64,000 bases of DNA, taken from positions 519,417-583,416 of the forward strand of contig JBDRCX010000006.1 in assembly GCA_043821365.1 (NCBI GenBank). Reading direction: 5' to 3'. How positions within the stretch are numbered: position 1 is the first letter of the stretch; each line of letters starts with the position of its first letter. The notes below the pieces were generated by a model, which was not told where the DNA came from, made no database searches, and was given only the letters and a program-made list of their open reading frames with translations. Shown in pieces: positions 9,249 to 17,100 of the stretch. The DNA is from Candidatus Micrarchaeota archaeon. GTDB lineage: Archaea > Micrarchaeota > Micrarchaeia > Anstonellales > Bilamarchaeaceae. Both the position numbers and the translations under genes were made by a program.

Positions 9249-9824
9249 ATGGAGATTAGGCGCGAGGTCATGCTAATCATATTCCTGCTTCTCGTAATAA
9301 TCGTACTTGTAAAGCTGATTGAATTTTTTCAAGTTAATATTGTTGAGGCAGATGCAAGCAAATTTGTAAGTGAAGATCTTGCTTCCAAATATCCAACTGC
9401 AGATATTGAAATTATGACAATTATTCCAAAAGAAGGTCCCTATGGCAAATATTTTGAAGTAAAAGCAAGAGTTACTCAAGATTTTGAATCTACTTGTCCT
9501 CTGCGTACTCATATATTTTATAATTACCCAACTCAAAACTTTGTCCCTCAACTTCCAGAAGTAATAACAAGTAATTGCGTAGTTTGTAATGTTGGTATTT
9601 GCACAATAGCATTTCCAGAAGAAGCAATTATTGCATCACATACATTTGCAGGCACTTCGGATATTAAATCATATATTCTTGCTAATCCAAATGCCACACC
9701 ACAGGTTAAAGAAAAACAAGAATCCTGGGAAGTAACCTGGAATTCACAAACATCCAGCTATTATTTTGTGATTGAGCTTCACAGAAATGGAACTATCCTT
9801 AGTATGGAGAAGATTGGCAAGTAA
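9249..9824 (+). CDS. Hypothetical membrane-anchored or secreted Cys-containing protein
   Basis: N-terminal TM (VMLIIFLLLVIIVLVKLI) followed by a soluble domain with several Cys. No family recognised. Confidence 0.4.
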   Translation: MEIRREVMLIIFLLLVIIVLVKLIEFFQVNIVEADASKFVSEDLASKYPTADIEIMTIIPKEGPYGKYFEVKARVTQDFESTCPLRTHIFYNYPTQNFVPQLPEVITSNCVVCNVGICTIAFPEEAIIASHTFAGTSDIKSYILANPNATPQVKEKQESWEVTWNSQTSSYYFVIELHRNGTILSMEKIGK

Positions 9825-10773
9825 TTGTTTTATCATCAATATCTATTTTTTTGTCTAAGAATTTTAGTATTATTTCTTTGTTTGTACTAAAGTGTTCTGT
9901 TATCCTACTTGTTTTGTATTTTGTTTTACCATCAGACAAAACAGCATAAATCAGAAGCTGGTCCGCAAGATGACAATCAACATCCTCATTTTCAGAATTT
10001 AGTATATCTAGAGCTTCTTTTGCAACTTCTTCTGCTCGTTTTCCTTTTTCACCAAGAACATATGCTCCTCTATATCCTTTCCAAGTAGTTACTGAATTCC
10101 CTGGTGAAAGTGCTGGGTTTTGCCTTATGAAAACCTTTTCAATCTCATTTTGTACAAATATTTTTTTCTCTCGAATTGCAATGGAGGATGGCAATTCCGA
10201 TACTCTTAACATGGCAAAAATTTCATTACTTTGTTGCCAGGATTCACAACCAGCAAGTTTGGATGGTTTTATTTTTACTTCTATTTCTCCACCGCCTCTT
10301 GGATAATATCCTGGTTTTACCATTTCTGATTCAACTATTGCACCGAATTTAGAAATTGCAGGTAGAAATACTTTTTCAAAATAATCATATCCTGGTGATT
10401 TTATGACATGTGTTCCACCTATTATTCTTATTTCGCTTTCCTTGTTTGCATCAAGAAGAATTGGTATTATCGTCTGTGCAACAAGAGTTACTGAACCAGC
10501 AGTTCCAATGTCAAATTGATATTTTCCACCAACAATTTCTCCAGGATTGAATCTTATTTCGCTACTTTCAAGTTCTGCTCCTTCAAGTGTTCCGCGGCAG
10601 ACACTTCGTACAGCACGTGCAGCAGTTAAATGTTGCATTTGTAATCCTGGCTTTGGTCGGTTTGCTCGTATATTAAAAATTCTCACTGGTTTTTTTGTAA
10701 TTGCTGAAAGTGTTAGAGAGGTTCGGATTACTTGACCGCCTCCCTCCCCAAAACTACCATCGATCTCAATCAT
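9799..10773 (-). CDS. rtcA: RNA 3'-terminal phosphate cyclase
   Basis: MIEIDGSFGEGGGQVIRTSLTLSAITKKPVRIFNIRANRPKPGLQMQHL is the RtcA signature, including the catalytic-His region. Confidence 0.9.
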   Translation of the reverse strand: MIEIDGSFGEGGGQVIRTSLTLSAITKKPVRIFNIRANRPKPGLQMQHLTAARAVRSVCRGTLEGAELESSEIRFNPGEIVGGKYQFDIGTAGSVTLVAQTIIPILLDANKESEIRIIGGTHVIKSPGYDYFEKVFLPAISKFGAIVESEMVKPGYYPRGGGEIEVKIKPSKLAGCESWQQSNEIFAMLRVSELPSSIAIREKKIFVQNEIEKVFIRQNPALSPGNSVTTWKGYRGAYVLGEKGKRAEEVAKEALDILNSENEDVDCHLADQLLIYAVLSDGKTKYKTSRITEHFSTNKEIILKFLDKKIDIDDKTITCQSSPY

Positions 10774-10777
10774 AAAC

Positions 10778-11245
10778 TCACTTTATCAAGTCTGTCTGTT
10801 CTGCATTATTAGACCTTATGATTTCTAAAGGAGCAATCTTTGTTAATGCGTTTTGCGATCCACCGCCACTATAAACTATTGTTTTTGTCATTACTGAAGT
10901 ATCTATGAAAAAAATCGCAGCATATCCGAATGATGGAGTGCCTCCCATCGGATAACCTGTTTTTTGAAGTATCTCTTCAGCATTGGCAAATCTTAGTTTT
11001 TTTGTTTCAATTTTGAGAGCCAACTTTTTTAGATCAAGTTTTTTGTGTCCCGGAACAATGCAAACAATAAGTGAATTGTCTGTTTCATTAATTATGCATA
11101 CATTTTTTACAAAATCTTCTGGAGTTGCATTTGCTGATGCAGCTGCTTCTTCTACACTGTGGCAGGAAGTCTGAAAAACAAGATGTTCTGCAGTTATGTT
11201 GTTATTAGTAATATAATTAACTAATTTGGATTCGTATTCATTCAT
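10778..11245 (-). CDS. YbaK/ProX-family aminoacyl-tRNA deacylase
   Basis: ...VKNVCIINETDNSLIVCIVPGHKKLDLKKLA...GYPMGGTPSFGY...VYSGGGS pattern. Likely ATG at 11245; the track start at 11308 is an upstream extension. Confidence 0.7.
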   Translation of the reverse strand: MNEYESKLVNYITNNNITAEHLVFQTSCHSVEEAAASANATPEDFVKNVCIINETDNSLIVCIVPGHKKLDLKKLALKIETKKLRFANAEEILQKTGYPMGGTPSFGYAAIFFIDTSVMTKTIVYSGGGSQNALTKIAPLEIIRSNNAEQTDLIK

Positions 11246-11308
11246 TACATATTCAAGATGCCTTTTATTTATAATTCTAATTAACAAAACCGCTGTCGCT
11301 GAAGGCAA

Positions 11309-11396
11309 TTAAAAATTAGGCCAGCGCATCGCTGCGCTGGCAAGGCGACCAGTTATCCTCCCATGCACTCAAAACGAGCGTGAGTACTTAAAAATT
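11309..11396. repeat. 70-nt GC-rich structured island flanked by 9-nt direct repeats TTAAAAATT
   Basis: TTAAAAATT at 11309-11317 and at 11388-11396. Inside, the hairpin CCAGCGCA-TCGC-TGCGCTGG (11321-11340) and a second imperfect stem. Confidence 0.6.
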
Positions 11397-11517
11397 TTAG
11401 ACCAACAATATATATAAATGTTATGGAATTTGTGTTCTTATGTTAATTTTCATGTTTTCTAGTTAAAATTGAACCGCAACCAACCACTTTTTAACATTTT
11501 CTGATTAATTCTTTACC

Positions 11518-12108
11518 GTGACCAGAGACACTAAAGAACTTGTCAGGCGTGTTCTTGATCAAAGAGCTACAGCAATACGCGATTTTGCCAGTTCTGTTAG
11601 AGATGCTGTTTTAAAAGATAAGTTAACTGCTCCATTTAACATGCGAGCAGAAGGCCTAACTGCAATGTGGAATCTTACTCAAATTCGCCGTGAAATGTCT
11701 GATGAAATTCATTCTTTGGCAATTCTATTCAAGGATAAGGAAGCTACTAAGGATGAAAAAACTACAGAAGATTGCCGCTTACGTATTGCAAGAATCTCAA
11801 TTGCAAGGTATTTTATTGATCTTGTTGAGAAGATGCAAAAAGCTTCTACAGAAAACGGAAGTCCTGCAGCCAATGCTATTTTTCAATCTGCAGTTAGTGC
11901 AATAAAGCATATCCTTGATGATAAATTTTTTACAAAAGATAAAGATCAGATTATTAATGATCATCTTGATGTTGAACCAGTTATTGCTGCAGCATGTTCT
12001 GCATTTTCCATACCAACAAGTACTCTTTATGACGCAGTGGGAAGCCATGAAGGCAAGGTTGCTCAGGATATTGATAGAGAAATCGGCAGAATCAGAGCAG
12101 AAACATAA
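11518..12108 (+). CDS. Hypothetical helical protein, paralog A of a tandem pair
   Basis: Shares collinear motifs with the next ORF (IARISIARYFIDLVE / LAISRFCLALFFIERTNE; DDKFFTKDKDQIINDHLDVEPVIAAACSAFSIP / NEKYYSASKDYILSFYLDLEPLLCASSDLCELP). Confidence 0.5.
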   Translation: MTRDTKELVRRVLDQRATAIRDFASSVRDAVLKDKLTAPFNMRAEGLTAMWNLTQIRREMSDEIHSLAILFKDKEATKDEKTTEDCRLRIARISIARYFIDLVEKMQKASTENGSPAANAIFQSAVSAIKHILDDKFFTKDKDQIINDHLDVEPVIAAACSAFSIPTSTLYDAVGSHEGKVAQDIDREIGRIRAET

Positions 12109-12149
12109 ATTTCAAAAGATTTTTATTCAACTAGGACGTTATCTTTTCT

Positions 12150-12662
12150 ATGCCAACTGATCCATCTGATATTCTAAATGCTCATCAAAAGAAAAAAACA
12201 GATGCCATTGCATTTTTCAAAGAGCTTGCCCATATGAATTCTGGTCCAATCTCTCAAAATGTGATTAATATAGATAAAAATTCAAAATCACTTGCAGAAA
12301 CAAATTTATTATTTGAAAAAAAATTGTCTGAATTTTCAAAATCAAATATGGATAGTCTTGCTATCTCTAGATTCTGTCTGGCACTTTTTTTTATTGAACG
12401 TACTAATGAAATACATAATATTGTCTTAACTAAGAATGTGGGTGGGTTATACTCTTTATATACTTCTTTAAGAAACCAAGTTTGTGATTTATTAAATGAA
12501 AAGTATTATTCAGCTTCCAAAGATTATATTCTCTCTTTTTATCTTGATCTTGAACCTTTACTGTGTGCATCTTCTGACTTGTGCGAATTGCCTGTTCCTG
12601 AGATCACAACTATCATGGAAACTTACAAATCAAAAATTGCGGATAGACTTGAGAAACTCTGA
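12150..12662 (+). CDS. Hypothetical helical protein, paralog B of a tandem pair
   Basis: See paralog A. Its stop abuts the stop of the convergent 302-aa gene (TGATCA). Confidence 0.5.
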   Translation: MPTDPSDILNAHQKKKTDAIAFFKELAHMNSGPISQNVINIDKNSKSLAETNLLFEKKLSEFSKSNMDSLAISRFCLALFFIERTNEIHNIVLTKNVGGLYSLYTSLRNQVCDLLNEKYYSASKDYILSFYLDLEPLLCASSDLCELPVPEITTIMETYKSKIADRLEKL

Positions 12663-13571
12663 TCATCTCATGTTTCTAATCCCATTCCAACCAGGACTAA
12701 AATCTACTGGGTTTCCAATTTCTCTAGTGTGAAGCCCATTTCTTCCTATAACTCTCTCATAGAATTTCAATTCATGTGAATTACTATCCATATAGAAAAA
12801 TGGCGACCTCCCACTTCTAAAAGTAGAATAACCTGTGTTTATTCCATAATCCAAGCTTAACATTGCTTCAGGCATTAATCTTACTTCAACCCCAAGTCTT
12901 TCATATTTCTTAACTAACATCCTTTGTGTTAATACGTCAATGTCGGTCATGTCTGTTTTTTTATCATAATATTTTGGTTGTATAAGTAATATTGGTCTAC
13001 TACCATCATTCACTAAAAATAATCTTCTTCTAAATACAAAATCATCAGCACTGTCTTCTCTTGCAACTATCTGTTTTATCCATGGTAGTTCTATTGTGCC
13101 TACTACTCCGCCTATATGGAAAGTTGGTTGATGTGGTTCTTGGCAATTTGGATGTCCACGTACTAATCCACCATATAATGCAGTTTCAAAATCTCCAACT
13201 TCACCAACTAACAGATTGCCTATAGTGGCAGTTGTTTCTTGTCTCCATGCTACAAAAAGGGCTTCGCCTCTTTCTCTTCCCATCAAATTATGAAGTTCTC
13301 TACGGAACTCTTCTGAGAATTTGAATTCCTGAAATTTATGTGCTAAGTATGCAGAAAATGCATCATCAAGCACAGCTATTGCTTCTTGAAATGCCTCTTT
13401 TCTTCCTCTATAATCAATTCCAACATTTTTTGGGTCATTTAATTTTGTTAAATTTGCTCTTATTATACCAACGTCTGTAGTTATCCTATCAACCACTACC
13501 TCTCTCCGAGAAAATTTATCTTGTGTATGTGAAAATTGCACTAATCTTTTTGGAGGTTGTCGTCTATCCAT
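12663..13571 (-). CDS. Stand-alone homolog of the C-terminal module of the giant protein (function unknown)
   Basis: Collinear identity blocks with giant-protein residues approx 4189-4444: FQEFKFS-EFR, WRQ, YGG-VRG, TFHI-G-VGT-ELPWIKQIV, RRR-FL, PIL--QPKY, SGRSP--YMDSN, GLH-RE. Confidence 0.6.
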   Translation of the reverse strand: MDRRQPPKRLVQFSHTQDKFSRREVVVDRITTDVGIIRANLTKLNDPKNVGIDYRGRKEAFQEAIAVLDDAFSAYLAHKFQEFKFSEEFRRELHNLMGRERGEALFVAWRQETTATIGNLLVGEVGDFETALYGGLVRGHPNCQEPHQPTFHIGGVVGTIELPWIKQIVAREDSADDFVFRRRLFLVNDGSRPILLIQPKYYDKKTDMTDIDVLTQRMLVKKYERLGVEVRLMPEAMLSLDYGINTGYSTFRSGRSPFFYMDSNSHELKFYERVIGRNGLHTREIGNPVDFSPGWNGIRNMR

Positions 13572-13611
13572 ACTATTCTCTTGTTACGTAAAGTTTAATA
13601 ATCTACCACAA

Positions 13612-14148
13612 TTAGCCTACTGCTGTCCTATTCCTTCCACCAGTTCCATACTGTCTTCTTCCGATACTTGCCCTTAGACCTAAATCTGGTTTTTTGAGTA
13701 CTCCATTCTGTCTTACTAAAAGAATTGCTTGTGCTGAAAACTCTCTATCACTAATCATCTTCAGTAGCTGTATAGTTGTTTTATTAAGGGCAAAACCAGA
13801 ACTTGTTACTTTTGATAGTAGTTCTAAACCATATTTTGTAAGTTCCTTTTTTGTTTCTTTATGTCCAACCATCTCAAGTGCTCTTGTCAATAATACCTGT
13901 CCACTAACTTCTACGAATTTCATCCAGTAATCTGTTGATGGAAATTTGTCAAACATCTCACTGATTTTACTAAGTTCTGAGGTTGAGGTTTCGCCTTTTA
14001 CTACTGCCACAATTGTTTGGCCAATAATTGCAAGTTTTTTTACATTTTCATTATGATCTCTTGACAACACTTCAACAATTTTGTTTCCATCCACTTCTCC
14101 TGAGTACCATATTAAAGTGAAAAACATTGTTCTTGTATCATCATCCAT
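13612..14148 (-). CDS. Hypothetical protein immediately downstream of the giant gene
   Basis: 178-aa ORF starting 8 nt after the giant ORF stop, on the same strand. Helical, with a G/R-rich C-terminus (GRRQYGTGGRNRTAVG). Confidence 0.5.
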   Translation of the reverse strand: MDDDTRTMFFTLIWYSGEVDGNKIVEVLSRDHNENVKKLAIIGQTIVAVVKGETSTSELSKISEMFDKFPSTDYWMKFVEVSGQVLLTRALEMVGHKETKKELTKYGLELLSKVTSSGFALNKTTIQLLKMISDREFSAQAILLVRQNGVLKKPDLGLRASIGRRQYGTGGRNRTAVG

Positions 14149-14156
14149 AAAACCAC

Positions 14157-17100
14157 CTAATCCTTAATCAGTTCCCCTGTGATGTCACGCCTTTCGTTCC
14201 AGCCTTTTTGAAATATGTCTGGCTGTCTGTATCCCTCACTTGTACCTGGTTCTCTATAATGCAATCCATGGCGTGCAAAGACTATACCTTCTCTTCCTGC
14301 TCTAACTACATAACCATTACTATCCATATAATAATATGGCGATCTACCACTTGTGAATGTTCTATATCCTGCATTTGGACCAATGTCATTTGCATATGCG
14401 TGATCAATGTCTCTTACTCCTATTCCCATCTCTTCATATCTTGTGCGGATGCTTGCCATTACTGCAGTATCTATTTCTGCCAAGCCTGGCATATCCTTTG
14501 CTCCATATTTTGGTTGTGCAACTAATATTGGATTGCCGTCGTCTCCTTGCATGAGGAATATTCTTCTTCTGTATATTATTTCCCCTGCTGGATTTTTGAT
14601 CACAATCTGTTTTATCCATGGCAATTCTACTGTTCCAACTATTCCTGCAATGTGGAATGTCTGTTGTGATATATCTTGACAGGTGCGTTCTCCTCTAACT
14701 CGTCCGCCATAAAATCCATCTTCAAAACTTCCAGTTTCAAGTATAGTGTGGGTTGCATCTCCAACTGTTACTTGATCTGCAGTATGATTCTGTCTCCAAG
14801 TTTCAAATATTCTGCTTCCTCTTTCTTCCCCAACTAAACTAATTAATTCTCCTCTAAATTCGTCGCTAAACTTAAATTCTTGGAATCTTCCTTCTGCCAT
14901 TGCCCTAATTGCTTGATCAAAAACAATAGCAGCCTCTCCGAAACCTTCTTGTGGTCCATAATAGCCAACCAAGTTTTGTGTTGATCTTGGTGCAGCTTCC
15001 GTAAGATTACCACGATATTGTGTATAATCCATTATCAAATCAATATTTTCTAATATAAATGCAGCTGGAAGTTGGACATCAGAAGGTATGAACAATTTGC
15101 CAATTTCAGAACTAACTGTTTGTGTAAAAGCATCGATTGGAAGAACCCCACCATCGGGCCCAATGAGGTTTCTGCTTATCCTTGCAAGATCTGCGGGTGA
15201 TACCTTTCCATCTAAGTATGCATTGTATATAAGGTCCATATAATCTATCTTCCCTCTTGTTCTACTACTTCCTAAAAATTCTGCTTTATCTGCTTTTGTT
15301 GCTCCATCTCTTGCAATATATTCCAATTCTGCTCCTACTAATCTTAACCATGGTTCTACTGTTGTGTTCCCACTTGAATTGAAGATATTGTCCATTAAAT
15401 CTGCAACTTGTCTGAAATTTGCATGACTTCTTAGTTCCTTTCTTATAGCATCGCTACTCAATGCACGCAATACTAAACTTCTTGGAACTGGTCCAGTTTC
15501 AGGTAGTAAATATGTTGCAAAAGGAAGCCTATTTGGTCTTACACTTAGTTGGTCTGCTCTATCTGCAGTTATATCACCAAGAAGTATTGTTTCTTGCCTT
15601 GTTTTTCTCCCAACCTTAACATCAACTCTTATAGCAAGTGCTTCACTAAGAACCCCAAAATCTAAATTGTCTAAATTGCTTCCAATCAATTGCATATATG
15701 CTTCTCTTGATTCTGCAGTTGGAAGTCTACTAACATCATCAAATAGATATTCGAAAATATGTTTTACTACAGCTCCTCTTGCATCCGGATCTGTTATCTG
15801 ATCTAGTGGAATTCTATCGAGTAGTCTTCTGCTTGTTTCTGTTGCTTGCTCAAGCATTCTGAAACTATCAACATCAGTTGGCCTGAAATTATCAAGCAGT
15901 CCATTTCTAACTCCTGGTTTGACCTCATGTGAGAGCAGGGGTACTGGATCCACTCCAAGTAAATGAAGTTTTGCTGCAAATCCAAGAACATTACCAATTT
16001 GTCCTATAGTTATAAATCCTTCAACCTGCGCATAATGCAAATGTTCATCAAGTGCTGCAACTGTTCTTGAATATGCCTCAAGCATCTGCACTCTTGTTTC
16101 TTCTGGTGCTGTTCTTCTGATTGTTTTTGCACCTGCCATGACAGCATCCCTCATCATCTCAGGACTGCTGGAAAGAGATTGGTCAAGTGTGTCTAAAATG
16201 TGTGTTTCTTTTGCACTATTAACTTCTCTACTTATTTCTCCTTCGTAATATGTGCGTAATTCTGCAGGTGTCATTCCATCGTCAGCTATTCTGACCAAGA
16301 GTATATTCTCTACGCCATCATATTCAAAATTAAACTGAACATTCCCATCTTCTCTAATTACTGCTTCATATGTTACTCTGCTTGGAAGATCACTTTCTTC
16401 CATCCCTAATATTGATCTGCTTGGTGGTTTTGTTACATCTGGTCTTTTTACTACGACTTCTCTTCCTGCATAAACATCATCTGCTGCTTGAGAAATTGGA
16501 TTTCTTAATATTGTGGTTCTGTCTCTTCCATTTGTGAAATCAGTTGGCACATGTGAATCATCAGCAACACCAATCAAGTGGGGGCTATCTTCTGGTGCTC
16601 TGCTAGTATGGAGTCTTGCAGGGGCTGTTTTTCTAAGTGGATCTATTACAACAAATCCACTTCCTCTTCCATATGCCTCACTCATGCTTGCATCTAAATT
16701 GGTAACATATCCTCCAGCTGCCCTAACTCCTTTTCCTCTGGAATGGCCAACATAAATATGATCAACACCAAGTGCTTCTCTCCATTGAGCTGCAATCTCC
16801 TGGCTCATAATTGGTGCCCATCCATGCCTTCCTTCAACATATGCAGAAGAGTAATCTCCACTTTCCATAACTCGTATGTCTCCAAATACTGTTCCCCAAT
16901 GGTTATCTGCAGTAGTAAATAATCTTTGGAAATGTGCATCCAACATTTCAGGACTTGTAATTAACTGCCCATCACTTTGCAATACTGGTCCACCATGTGT
17001 GAAATAATTATTATCTATTATTACTGCTGCTCTTGACTGTTCAATGAAATGCATGAAACTTCCTTCTATTACTCTTCCTTGCTGATCATAATTTTCATGT

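Noticed and set aside
11690-12160. Alternative-frame ORFs (11690-11905, 11797-12048, 11915-12160) overlapping the 196-aa gene.
   Set aside because: They are shorter, low-complexity, and nested in or antisense to the longer ORF that has a paralog next door.
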